A model generated the notes under the pieces. It saw only the letters and a program-made list of their open reading frames with translations. It made no database searches and was not told the DNA's origin. Below, in pieces: positions 40,557 to 50,268 of a DNA stretch of 54,732 nt. The position numbers and the translations under genes are program-made. Source of the stretch: Methylophaga sp. (lineage in GTDB: Bacteria > Pseudomonadota > Gammaproteobacteria > Nitrosococcales > Methylophagaceae); the NCBI GenBank assembly GCA_032250995.1, contig JAVVFF010000001.1, positions 1 to 54,732 of the forward strand, in the 5' to 3' direction. How positions within the stretch are numbered: the stretch's first letter is position 1; each line of letters opens with the position of its first letter.

Positions 40557-41130
40557 CTAGTCTATTGAAAATTCATTGATAACTTCCATTTCACCTTGCT
40601 CGCTAATTCGGATCAGATAACCAGCTCCTGAAGCTGCAAAGCCGCCCAGAAAAGCGGATAAAATTACCTGATGACTGAGATAAATTCTTGCCGCTTGATC
40701 GCGCCCCGTAAACAAATGTTGTTGAAACGTTTTGGTCAATTCTGTTTTGGCATTGGAATCTGCAGATCGGAAAAAAGAATTTATGGCTGGTAGTGGTTAT
40801 GGTTTGCCAAAGTCCAATAATTCAGCAGTTTCAAGACATCGGCACCACTGACTGCTATAAACCGTTGCACTTTTAATACCGGCTGCCTGCAATGTATCAC
40901 CTATTTGCTTTGCCGAGCTTGCTGACGTCCCTGTGGCGATAAATTACGTTGTGTTACACAATCTTCCAGCTGAAAATCAGCCGGATCTCCGCCCCCCCGA
41001 GGCAAGCGCATGTCGGATCAATAAAGCATGGCCGGATGTTGCCAAAACACCAAGTTCAGTTGCCTGAACCGGCAAAGCCAACAAAACCAACGTTAATACT
41101 AAGTAGTGAAATATAAAAACAGACCTTAAA
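40557..41130 (-). pseudogene. Histidine phosphatase family pseudogene
   Basis: Reconstructed: signal peptide, LLIRHALA.GGGDP, DC.TQRNLS..GRQQARQ / IG..L...VYSSQWCRCLETA, in-frame TAA at 40797-40799, then SHQV; 5-bp duplication at 40904-40913; no intact start seen. Confidence 0.85.
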
Positions 41131-41185
41131 TTGCTAAAGCTGACTAAATGACCTCAGAATAACAAGAGTTTGTTTGGGGTAAGAA

Positions 41186-41848
41186 ATGACAGAAAATTTG
41201 TTTTACAAGCGTTTAACGTTGATTTTACAGGGTCTTCTGGTACTGGGCCTGGCTGCCGCTATATGGGAACAGCAATGGCTGAATGTGGTAATTATTACCG
41301 GCATTATCATTATCAGCCTGTATCCGCTGCTACTGGCCCGCCATTTTCAGGTACGCATCCCAGCCGAATTCCAACTGCTAACCATTGGGTTTGTTTTTGC
41401 TGCTGTCTTTCTTGGTGAAGTCCACGGCTATTACACCCGTTTTTGGTGGTGGGATATTGTGCTGCATACCAGCTCTGGGTTTTTGCTCGGCATTATTGGC
41501 TTTTTGCTAGTTTATGTGCTTAACGAGAGTAAGCGGATTGACTTGCATATGCGGCCGGGGTTTGTGGCTTTTTTTGCATTTTTGTTTGCCATTGGCATAG
41601 GCGCTTTGTGGGAAATATTTGAATTCATCATGGACTCGCTGTTTGCCATGACTATGCAAAAACCGATGTTTGGTGACTATTCCGGATTGACCGATACCAT
41701 GTGGGATTTGATTGTTGATGCCGGTGGCGCGTCAATCATTAGTCTACTCGGCTATGGTTATCTGAAAACCACCGACGATAACTCCTTTCTAGAGCATATG
41801 ATCCAACGCTTTATCAGCAGTAATCCACAGTTATTTAAACGTCGTTGA
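41186..41848 (+). CDS. Integral membrane protein (DUF2238/YjdF-like)
   Basis: 6 TMs; WWDIVLH..SG, GALWEIFEF, DTMWDL. Confidence 0.75.
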   Translation: MTENLFYKRLTLILQGLLVLGLAAAIWEQQWLNVVIITGIIIISLYPLLLARHFQVRIPAEFQLLTIGFVFAAVFLGEVHGYYTRFWWWDIVLHTSSGFLLGIIGFLLVYVLNESKRIDLHMRPGFVAFFAFLFAIGIGALWEIFEFIMDSLFAMTMQKPMFGDYSGLTDTMWDLIVDAGGASIISLLGYGYLKTTDDNSFLEHMIQRFISSNPQLFKRR

Positions 41849-41873
41849 TCTTTATTAAGATCCTGGGAAATTC

Positions 41874-43094
41874 ATGGATAACGATACAAAAACCGGCTAT
41901 TGGTTACTGATCCGCCAACATTTTGGATTACTAGCCATCAGCTTTATTGCAATGTTTAGCGGCAATCTTGGCCAGAGTTTTTTTATCGGCTTGTTTCAGC
42001 AAGATATCGCTCAAAGCCTGAATTTATCAGCCGGTGCGTTTGGTAGTGTTTATGCTGCTATTACCATGGTCAGTGGCTTTTTAGTCATGCATTTTGGCGC
42101 CAAACTGGATTGGATCTCGCCGCGCCATTATGCACTTTTGGTATTAACGACCTTATTAATTGGTGTCGCTTTGCTGACTCTGTCGCCCTGGCTGATAACT
42201 GCGATTATCGGACTCGGTTTAGTGCGCCTCTGCGGTCAGGGCTTGATGAACCATTTTGGCAGCACTTTGGCTGGTCGCGAATTCACAATTAATCGTGGCC
42301 GGGCGTTGGGCGTGGTAAGTCTAGGTATGCCAGTTGGCGAAATTTTATTACCGCCGTTATTAGCCGTCCTGATCGGCTGGCTTAGCTGGCAACAGATCTG
42401 GTGGGCTGTCACTTTATTAATTGCGACGATGTGGCTGTTGTTATTTATATTTTCGCCGTGGCCGCCAGCGCCTGAAATTAAGCGTGATGCCCGTGGCAAC
42501 AAAATTCGGGGGCCTAACCCGCTGCGCGAATGGCGTTTCTGGCAGCTCATTCCATTGACCATGGCCTTACCGGTAACCTTGACTGGGATTTTTATTTATC
42601 AGGCACAAATGACCAATGATTTAAATGCCACTACAACGGCTTATGCACTGGGTTTAATGGCAATGGGACTGGCACGTTTCCCGGGCGCTCTAATGGGCGG
42701 ACGCTGGGTTGATGAATGGGGCGTGACACTGCTGGCTCGCTTATATTTATTACCATTTTTTTTAACAATCATTGCAGCGATTATATTCGGCGGTAATGCC
42801 GGCGTTTTGATTTTAATGATTGGCGCCGGCGTTTCACTGGGTATGTCATCACCGGTGGTCGATAGTTTATTGGTGATACTGTGGGGACGCGAACACCTTG
42901 GTCGGGTTCGTAGCGTAAAATCTGCCTTAATGGTATTTTCAACCGGTGTTGCGCCAGCAATTCTGGGCTTTTTGATCGATGATGGCGTCAGTTTTATCGC
43001 GATTCTCATGGGTATGCTGGTGTTTATGTTGCTTGGCTGGTTGCTGGCGCAAGGTCAAATTGCTCTAGCTGCGAAACACAGCGAAATAGCCTGA
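41874..43094 (+). CDS. MFS transporter
   Basis: About 12 TMs; GQSFFIG.F, RLCGQG, RGRAL, G.WVD, WGREHLGRVRS. Confidence 0.9.
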   Translation: MDNDTKTGYWLLIRQHFGLLAISFIAMFSGNLGQSFFIGLFQQDIAQSLNLSAGAFGSVYAAITMVSGFLVMHFGAKLDWISPRHYALLVLTTLLIGVALLTLSPWLITAIIGLGLVRLCGQGLMNHFGSTLAGREFTINRGRALGVVSLGMPVGEILLPPLLAVLIGWLSWQQIWWAVTLLIATMWLLLFIFSPWPPAPEIKRDARGNKIRGPNPLREWRFWQLIPLTMALPVTLTGIFIYQAQMTNDLNATTTAYALGLMAMGLARFPGALMGGRWVDEWGVTLLARLYLLPFFLTIIAAIIFGGNAGVLILMIGAGVSLGMSSPVVDSLLVILWGREHLGRVRSVKSALMVFSTGVAPAILGFLIDDGVSFIAILMGMLVFMLLGWLLAQGQIALAAKHSEIA

Positions 43095-43168
43095 ACTCAA
43101 TTAAAACAACAAATTGTCGTCATCCCGGTTTTTAATTATTGCATCACCTTTATCGAACCGAGGTCACG

Positions 43169-43573
43169 ATGAAACCCAGCCTGCAACCCGGACTTCGTTA
43201 TCGGCACCAATTCACCGTACCGGACTCGAAAACGGTGCCGGCGACTTATCCTGAGGCGGAAGAATTTCTGGTTATGCCGGCCATGTTTGCCATTGTTTTT
43301 TTTGGAGTGGACCTGTATTAAACTGATCAACCCACATTTCAACTGGCCATATGAACAAACTTCGGGCACATATTAATATAAGTCATTAGGCAGTGACGCC
43401 GGTTGGTTTGACAATCACCGCAACGGTTACCTTAATCGAAGTTGATGATCGTCGATTATTATTTGCAGTTGAGGCACATGATGGTTGATTTGATAGCTAA
43501 AGACCAATATCAACGGTTTATCATTGGTCGGCAACGCTTTAATGCTAAAGTCAGCCAAAAAACATCGCAATAA
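43169..43573 (+). pseudogene. Fluoroacetyl-CoA thioesterase (FlK-like hotdog fold) pseudogene
   Basis: MKPSLQPGL...KTVP..YPE..EF..MP..FA / LEWTCIKLINPH.NWP.EQT.GT / HINISH*A.TP.G...V.L.EVD.RRL.F.VEAHDG / VDLI......RF.I...RF: three frameshifts and one internal stop. Confidence 0.85.
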
Positions 43574-43586
43574 TTTGGAGTCAACC

Positions 43587-44225
43587 ATGCCTGTCACACT
43601 CGTTATTGGTGCCAACGGCCAGATCGGCAGATTGTTAGTGCAGTTAATGTCTGAACAACAACTACCCGTCCGGGCAATGGTTCGTAATCCTGAACAAGCT
43701 GATTATTTCCGACAGTTGGGCGCCGAAGTGGTGATTGCTGATTTAGAAAAATCTTTACCAGACGACGCTTTTCAAGATTGTGACCAGATAGTGTTTACCG
43801 CCGGCAGTGGCGGCAAAACCGGTGCTGATAAGACTATTTTGGTGGATTTATGGGGCGCCTGCAAAGCGATAGAAATGGCGATAAAACACCAAGTAAAACA
43901 GTTTGTAATGGTTAGTGCGCAAAATGCCGGTGATCCTGATAATGGCAATCCGGCTATCAAACACTATAACGTTTGCAAACATTTCGCCGATCAATATCTG
44001 TTGGGCAGTGGCCTGCCGTTTACGATTTTGCGGCCGGGCAAACTTATTAATAGTCCAGCGATCGGCAAAATCAGCACACTCAGACCTGATGATAAAGCAC
44101 AACACATTATCAGTCGCGCTGATGTGGCGCACTGCATTATCCATTGCCTGACGCATGACCACAGCAAAAATCGCATCATCGCGTTGTATCAGGGCGACTT
44201 ATTTATCGATAGTGCAATGAGCTGA
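43587..44225 (+). CDS. NAD(P)H-binding atypical SDR oxidoreductase
   Basis: LVIGANGQIG, VFTAGSGG.TG.DKT..VDL.GA, Y...K, ILRPG.L, ISRADVA; GGAG RBS. Confidence 0.9.
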   Translation: MPVTLVIGANGQIGRLLVQLMSEQQLPVRAMVRNPEQADYFRQLGAEVVIADLEKSLPDDAFQDCDQIVFTAGSGGKTGADKTILVDLWGACKAIEMAIKHQVKQFVMVSAQNAGDPDNGNPAIKHYNVCKHFADQYLLGSGLPFTILRPGKLINSPAIGKISTLRPDDKAQHIISRADVAHCIIHCLTHDHSKNRIIALYQGDLFIDSAMS

Positions 44226-44302
44226 TTTATAGTCTCAGACGACTTGGTTTGTTGTAAATTTCAGTATTTGGGGGCGTTTTAATCGCTAATTAAATTGAGG
44301 AA

Positions 44303-44737
44303 TTGCTACGTGATTTCGCAGTAAACTTCAGGCTTATCTATTATCTGACAGCCATTCTGGATGTTGTCATTGTGGTGCCGGGTTTTGGCTACAATATCTG
44401 GCAGCTGCAAATCTCCGAAAACAATGGCAATATCCGCACTGCGGCCTCTGAGCCATTTAAAGCGCTGGCTAAACCCGAACAAATAATTTACGTATGCATT
44501 ATGACCATAACACCGTCGATGGCAGCCAGCGTAAAGACTGTATTCAGGTTGGCTTCATCAACGATTTAAGCATGATTGTCAGTGATGATGTGAATCATGA
44601 CGCGGGTAATTTACTGCAACTTTGGCAGCAAATATGGGTCATCATAGCCACCGATAAACCGGCAACTGATGCCTTGATTACCCAGGTTGGTGGCAACCCG
44701 GGCAGTGATTAAAGACACCTTATTAACATTGGAATAA
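44303..44737 (+). pseudogene. Frameshifted hypothetical membrane-anchored protein
   Basis: TM then GFGYN.W....SE.N.NIRTA..E / HYD......GS.RK..I.VG.INDLS / ATRA.IK..L..LE*: pieces in three frames; family recalled from memory only. Confidence 0.55.
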
Positions 44738-44798
44738 ACGCCCGCTTGGTCAGCAATGTCATACAATGGCTATAACGCGTAAAGTCTCAGGATAATTA

Positions 44799-45140
44799 AT
44801 GCCAACGCTGCCTAACTGCCCAAAATGTGATTCTGAATACAGCTATCAGGATGATAATCTGCTGATTTGCCCAGAATGTACTTATGAGTGGATGATGCTG
44901 GACGACATCACTGAGGATGATGACCAGGATAAAATTTATGACAGCCATGGAAAGTTGCTACAAGATGGCGATACAGTAACGGTGATTAAAGATTTAAAAG
45001 TCAACGGTTCGTCACTGGTCGTCAAAGTCGGTACCAAAGTGAAAAATATTCGCATTGTTGAAGGTGATCACAATATCGATTGTAAAATTGACGGTATCGG
45101 CGCCATGAAGCTTAAATCAGAATTTGTTAAAAAAGCTTGA
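44799..45140 (+). CDS. yjdM: PhnA/YjdM zinc-ribbon protein
   Basis: [51 protein letters not shown]. Confidence 0.95.
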   Translation: MPTLPNCPKCDSEYSYQDDNLLICPECTYEWMMLDDITEDDDQDKIYDSHGKLLQDGDTVTVIKDLKVNGSSLVVKVGTKVKNIRIVEGDHNIDCKIDGIGAMKLKSEFVKKA

Positions 45141-45235
45141 CGCTGTTCAGCTTCTGGCAACAGCACAGGCTAAGTCACAAAACCTGTTGTGCTGCTAAGT
45201 TATAATTATCGGACTCTTTCATCTGGAAAATTGCT

Positions 45236-46570
45236 TTGCGCCATCAGCAAACCAAATCCTTTATCGATATTGAATCCGGTTCGCCGGAATCGCGTACCAG
45301 CCGGCGACGTTTGCGTGCCTGTCAGGAATGCGACTGGGTAGTGGTTCTACCAGCGCTGCGCCCCGGTGAAATAGCCACTTGTCCGCGTTGTAATCATACG
45401 CTGGTAAAACGCCATTTTCGGCCGGTACAACGCAGTATGGCATTAGCATTAACAGCCCTGTTGGCATTATTATTGTCGGTCAGTTTTCCGTTTGTCAGCT
45501 ACGCTGCTTTGGGCGTGGACCAACAGATTGAATTGAGTCAGACGGCAACGGAATTGCTTAGTTTTGGCCAACCGCTGGTAGCGATTTTAGTGGCGTTAAC
45601 CATTGTTATTTTGCCAGCCGTTTATCTGCTCAGTGTGGTCTGGTTGCAAACCGGTTTGCTCCGTGCGCAGCCACTGCGTTTCAGCCGGACGATTGCCCGA
45701 TCTTTGAAACATATGCACCCCTGGATGATGGCCGATGTGTTTATCCTCGGCGCATTGGTCAGTTTGTTTAAAATCTCTGGCGGCGCTGATATTACGCTGG
45801 GGATCGGTTTTTGGGCATTTTGCAGTTTTGCGGTGTTGTTGCTGCTAACCATGCGTTCGCTTGATGATGACTGGCTGTGGTTTGCTATTGCCGGTGAACC
45901 ACTGGCGCCGGAGAGCAGTCAGACCGGACAAACCGCCGCTTCACAACATTTAACCAGCTGCAAAACCTGTGGTCTGTTGCAACATTTACCCCAAGCTGGC
46001 AAGGCATACTGTCAGCGTTGTAGTGAGCTTTTACAACGCCGGTTACCGCATAGTGTGCAACGCACTTGGGCGTTATTAGCGGCCGCTTGTGTGTTGTATA
46101 TCCCGGCCAATCTCTATCCGATTATGTACAGCACCCGGCTCGGATATACTCAGCCAAAAACTATTATTGGCGGCATCATAGATATGATCAACGCCGGTTC
46201 CTGGCCGATTGCACTGATTATTTTCGTAGCCAGTATTATGGTACCGGTTGGTAAAATTCTGGCACTGGGCTGGTTATGTCTGCGAGTGGGTAAAAGCATT
46301 GAAATCGGCCATCGCAGCCGGGTGCGTTTATATCGTGTCACTGAATTTATTGGTCGCTGGTCGATGGTTGATGTGTTTGTGGTGGCAATTCTGGTGGCGC
46401 TAATCCGTGCGGGCAGTTTGCTGTCTATCACGCCGGGGCCGGCCGCCCTGGCCTTTGCTGCAGTGGTAATATTGACGATGCTGGCAGCCATCAGTTTTGA
46501 TCCGCGTTTGATTTGGGATAAACCTGCCGAGATTTCACCTTTAGCCACTAAGGATGCCTTGCATGACTGA
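45236..46570 (+). CDS. pqiA: Intermembrane transport protein PqiA
   Basis: Two CxxC...CxxC plus TM repeats, PWMMADVF, LYIPAN, GRWSMVDVFVV, FDPRLIWD. Confidence 0.95.
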   Translation: MRHQQTKSFIDIESGSPESRTSRRRLRACQECDWVVVLPALRPGEIATCPRCNHTLVKRHFRPVQRSMALALTALLALLLSVSFPFVSYAALGVDQQIELSQTATELLSFGQPLVAILVALTIVILPAVYLLSVVWLQTGLLRAQPLRFSRTIARSLKHMHPWMMADVFILGALVSLFKISGGADITLGIGFWAFCSFAVLLLLTMRSLDDDWLWFAIAGEPLAPESSQTGQTAASQHLTSCKTCGLLQHLPQAGKAYCQRCSELLQRRLPHSVQRTWALLAAACVLYIPANLYPIMYSTRLGYTQPKTIIGGIIDMINAGSWPIALIIFVASIMVPVGKILALGWLCLRVGKSIEIGHRSRVRLYRVTEFIGRWSMVDVFVVAILVALIRAGSLLSITPGPAALAFAAVVILTMLAAISFDPRLIWDKPAEISPLATKDALHD

Positions 46571-48239
46571 CACCGGTTCAGCCGATACAACGCAAAATAC
46601 TGATTTGCATCGTGCTTCGGCGGTTAAAGCCTCCCGGCTTTCGCCGATTTGGATCATTCCAGTAGTCGCAGTATTGATTGGTATTTGGCTGATTATTGAT
46701 AACTACCGTCATACCGGACCACTAATCACGCTGACTATGGCTAATGCTGAAGGTATCGAAGCTGGCAAAACCCGCATCAAAACCCGTAATGTCGATATGG
46801 GTCAGGTCGAAGAAGTCAAACTTTCCAAGGATTTAAGTCAGGCACTAATCATGGCGCGAATCAATCATGATGCTGAACAGATTCTGGTTGAAGACACCCG
46901 TTTCTGGGTAGTCAAACCACGTATCAGCCGTGAAGGCATCAGTGGTTTTGGCACTGTGTTATCGGGTGCTTATATTCAACTGCAACCAGGCAAATCCGAG
47001 CAGCCACAGCGCAAATTCGAAGTCATGGATCAACCACCTATGTCGCTGGATGGTGCTGAAGGCATACGGCTGAAATTGATTAGTCAGCTGGGTAATTCAT
47101 TACGCACTGGCGATCCAGTCACTTATCAGGGTTACACTGTGGGCCGCGTTGAAACCGCCGAATTTGATAAAGACACCCGTCAGGTGAATCATCAGCTATT
47201 TATCAAAAGCCCTTATGACGTTTTAATCAGTGCCAATACCCGCTTCTGGTCAGCTAAAGGCATTAATTTAGAACTTAGCTCTGCCGGCATTGAAGTTAAT
47301 ATTGCCTCACTGGAAGCACTGATCAGTGGTGGTGTCACCTTTGGTGAGATGGAAGATTTACCGGCAACTTCTGCCGAGCAAAATCCACAACGGATTTATC
47401 AGTTATTCCCGAATGAAGAAAGCGCCCGCCATGGTATCTACAGCAACTACCTGGAATATGTCTTGCTGGTTGAAGATACGGTACGGGGCCTTTCTGAAGG
47501 CGCACCAGTTGAGTTTCGTGGCATCCGGGTTGGCACAGTGCGTAAAGTGCCATGGCGGTTTACCTCACCGGAGCGTCCGATTCGTCAAAGCTTCGCTATT
47601 CCGGTATTGATCCGTATCGAGCCACAACGTTTGGGAGGACGGGAAAAAATCGATCTAGATGAATGGCAACAAAGGCTCGACAACATGGTTAATAACGGCC
47701 TGCGGGCAACTTTAAAATCAGGGAATCTGCTGACCGGTGCTTTGTTTGTTGATCTCAACTTCCAGCGTGACAATACAGAAGCTTATGTCGCCAAAAGTTT
47801 TGAGGATCGGCCGGTAATTCCGACCACACCATCGGGACTCGCGCAGATTGAGCTGAAAGTCTCCAGCCTGCTCGACAAACTCAATGCCTTACAAATTGAG
47901 CCGCTGTTGCAGGGCATGGATAACAGCTTGCAGCAATCAGAAGCATTGTTGCGTGAAATCCGTGATCTGAGTGGCAGCATCAACCAGTTGGTTAATGATC
48001 CGCAAACCCAGCGCATACCTGACAATATTAATGAAACGTTGGCCGAATTGCGTGAGGTTATCAAAGGCATGTCGCCGAATTCACCAGTGTATCAAGAGCT
48101 GAATCGCAGCTTGCAAAGTCTGGAAAAACTCATGCGCGATCTACAGCCGATTGCCCGAACGCTCAGCGAACACCCCAATGCGCTGATTTTTAATCCGCCA
48201 GCGGTCAACGATCCGGTGCCGCCAGCACCCCAACCTTAA
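46563..48239 (+). CDS. pqiB: MCE-domain intermembrane transport protein PqiB
   Basis: SPIWIIP, AEGIEAGKT, FWVVKPR, three MCE domains, GLRATLKSGNLLTG, helical C-terminus. Confidence 0.95.
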   Translation: MTDTGSADTTQNTDLHRASAVKASRLSPIWIIPVVAVLIGIWLIIDNYRHTGPLITLTMANAEGIEAGKTRIKTRNVDMGQVEEVKLSKDLSQALIMARINHDAEQILVEDTRFWVVKPRISREGISGFGTVLSGAYIQLQPGKSEQPQRKFEVMDQPPMSLDGAEGIRLKLISQLGNSLRTGDPVTYQGYTVGRVETAEFDKDTRQVNHQLFIKSPYDVLISANTRFWSAKGINLELSSAGIEVNIASLEALISGGVTFGEMEDLPATSAEQNPQRIYQLFPNEESARHGIYSNYLEYVLLVEDTVRGLSEGAPVEFRGIRVGTVRKVPWRFTSPERPIRQSFAIPVLIRIEPQRLGGREKIDLDEWQQRLDNMVNNGLRATLKSGNLLTGALFVDLNFQRDNTEAYVAKSFEDRPVIPTTPSGLAQIELKVSSLLDKLNALQIEPLLQGMDNSLQQSEALLREIRDLSGSINQLVNDPQTQRIPDNINETLAELREVIKGMSPNSPVYQELNRSLQSLEKLMRDLQPIARTLSEHPNALIFNPPAVNDPVPPAPQP

Positions 48240-48253
48240 AAGCAGGTGTTTTC

Positions 48254-48826
48254 GTGATTAAGTTTAAACTGAATGTTGCTGTATTTTTTGTGGTGTTGCT
48301 GGCCGCTTGCGCCAAGCAACCGGTTGAAAATCATCGCTACTTTTTGCCGGAAGCAGACTTAATCCAGCATGCTGGCAAACCGGCAACGCGCTTTTTACAA
48401 ATCCGCAATATCCAGCTGGCGGATTTTCTGAACGATGGCGGCTTAGTCCTGCAACTCGACGATATCACCCTGAATCAGGCAAAAAACCATCTCTGGGCCG
48501 ATAATCTGCACCAGCAAATTAACCGGGCTTTACAAGACCGATTAAATCAGCAGCAACAAGTATTTACTGTAGTCGGCCCGCAAACAGATGCTGATTTACA
48601 ATTGTCACTGGTAATCGATGCTTTTCACGGTCGTCATGACGGGCTGGCGTTAACCAGTGGCCAGTGGCAATTACATACTGCTGAAGGCGAACGCGTTCTA
48701 TTACAAAACTTTCATCTGCAAACTGAACTCCGTGAGCCCGGATATCCGGCGCTGGTCCGCGCACTCGGTGTGAATCTTGATGCATTAGCCGCTTCATTGG
48801 CAACAGTGCTAGCTGAACAATCATAA
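48254..48826 (+). CDS. pqiC: PqiC/YmbA lipoprotein
   Basis: Lipobox LAAC, LADFL..GGLV, HLWA..L, F.G..DG, GYPALV.AL; follows pqiAB. Confidence 0.9.
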   Translation: MIKFKLNVAVFFVVLLAACAKQPVENHRYFLPEADLIQHAGKPATRFLQIRNIQLADFLNDGGLVLQLDDITLNQAKNHLWADNLHQQINRALQDRLNQQQQVFTVVGPQTDADLQLSLVIDAFHGRHDGLALTSGQWQLHTAEGERVLLQNFHLQTELREPGYPALVRALGVNLDALAASLATVLAEQS

Positions 48827-48859
48827 AAAAACCCAATGTTGGTTTGACCAACTATTGGG
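48825..48859 (-). terminator. Rho-independent terminator of the doe operon
   Basis: On the - strand, CCCAATAGTTGGT-CAA-ACCAACATTGGG hairpin (one bulge) followed by T7, about 40 nt after the doeC stop. Confidence 0.75.
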
Positions 48860-48899
48860 GCTAATGTCAAAACGGTATTGTTACCGGGCTGGAGGCTTT

Positions 48900-50261
48900 T
48901 TATTTGATCCAAATCTGCTTGGCATTAACAAATTCTTTAATACCCTGCGGGCCCAGTTCACGGCCATAACCGGAACCTTTTACACCACCACTGGGTAGCC
49001 GTGGATCGGTTTTAACAATACCGTTAATTGCCACCTGTCCAGCTTCAATCTGCATGGCCAGCGTCTTCGCCAAATCAGCATTTTCTGTCCATACCCCGGC
49101 ACCGAGGCCATATTCGGTGTCATTGGCCATTTCCAAAGCATGATCTACATCATCAGCCTTAATAATCACCATCACCGGACCAAAGGTCTCCTCACGAAAA
49201 GCACACATGGTCGGCGTCACATCGATTAATAACGTGACCGGATAGAAAAAGCCATCCCCCTCCGGCAAATTGCCACCCAGCAGACATTTGGCGCCGGCAG
49301 CAATGGTATCTTCAACTTGGCGGTGTAAATTCAGTTGTAAATCTTCGCGGGCAATCGGACCGATATCGGTATTGGCTTGCAATGGATCACCGAGCTGTAA
49401 TTTACTGAGTCGCTGTTTGACCAATTCAACAAAGCGATCATGGACATCCGCCTCAACGATTATTCGTTTAGCAGCAATACAAGATTGACCGGCATTAATA
49501 ATCCGCGACAGACAAATAACATCGGCAGCCTGGTGCAGATTGGCATCATTTAGCACCAGCACCGGATCGGAGCCGCCCAGTTCCAAAACACAGGGTTTGA
49601 TTTCGCTGCCAGCAATCGCAGCAACTTTACGACCGGCACCGCCGGAGCCGGTAAATGACACTGCTGCGATACGGGGGTCGCGAATCGCCAACTCTACATC
49701 CGGGGTTTCCAGTGGCAGATTAACCATAATATTGTCCGGTGCACCGGCTTTTAAGAACGCATTGGCAATAGCCTGCGCGGTTCGGGGCACATGCGGATCA
49801 TGTTTCATCACGCAGGTATTGCCCGCCATCAGGGCCGGTGCTAAATAACGAAATGCCAGCCATAACGGTGCATTCCACGGCAAAATACCCAGCAACGTCC
49901 CCAGCGGCTGATAGGTCACATAACTGAGGCTGGCATCCGATGGCAGCGTTTCATCGGCAAGATAGGCCGCAGCATGATCTGCGTAATACTCGGCGCAGTT
50001 CGCGGCCTTTTCGACTTCCGGCACGCCTTCTTTAATCGGTTTGCCCATTTCCAATGCCATTATTTCAGCAATATCATGCTTTTCGGCACGCATTTGTTTG
50101 GCAACGGCTTTCAGTACTTTGGCACGCTCGGCAAAGCTTGTGTCGCGCCACGCGGTAAAGGCAGCAGTGGCTTCGCCAATGCGAGCGTACATTGCATTTT
50201 TATCAAGCGATGGGAAAGGTTCGAGCACTTGCCCGGTAAAAGGGTTGGTTGCAGTTAGCAT
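48900..50261 (-). CDS. doeC: NAD(P)-dependent aldehyde dehydrogenase (SSADH-like; DoeC by context)
   Basis: PWNAP, FTGS, LELGG, GQSC, EETFGP, SGYGRE; ATG at 50261 with GAGGA RBS. Confidence 0.8.
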   Translation of the reverse strand: MLTATNPFTGQVLEPFPSLDKNAMYARIGEATAAFTAWRDTSFAERAKVLKAVAKQMRAEKHDIAEIMALEMGKPIKEGVPEVEKAANCAEYYADHAAAYLADETLPSDASLSYVTYQPLGTLLGILPWNAPLWLAFRYLAPALMAGNTCVMKHDPHVPRTAQAIANAFLKAGAPDNIMVNLPLETPDVELAIRDPRIAAVSFTGSGGAGRKVAAIAGSEIKPCVLELGGSDPVLVLNDANLHQAADVICLSRIINAGQSCIAAKRIIVEADVHDRFVELVKQRLSKLQLGDPLQANTDIGPIAREDLQLNLHRQVEDTIAAGAKCLLGGNLPEGDGFFYPVTLLIDVTPTMCAFREETFGPVMVIIKADDVDHALEMANDTEYGLGAGVWTENADLAKTLAMQIEAGQVAINGIVKTDPRLPSGGVKGSGYGRELGPQGIKEFVNAKQIWIK

Positions 50262-50268
50262 AATGTCC

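Noticed and set aside
45156-45197. Terminator after yjdM
   Set aside because: The inverted repeat is imperfect, with a long loop and no U-tract.
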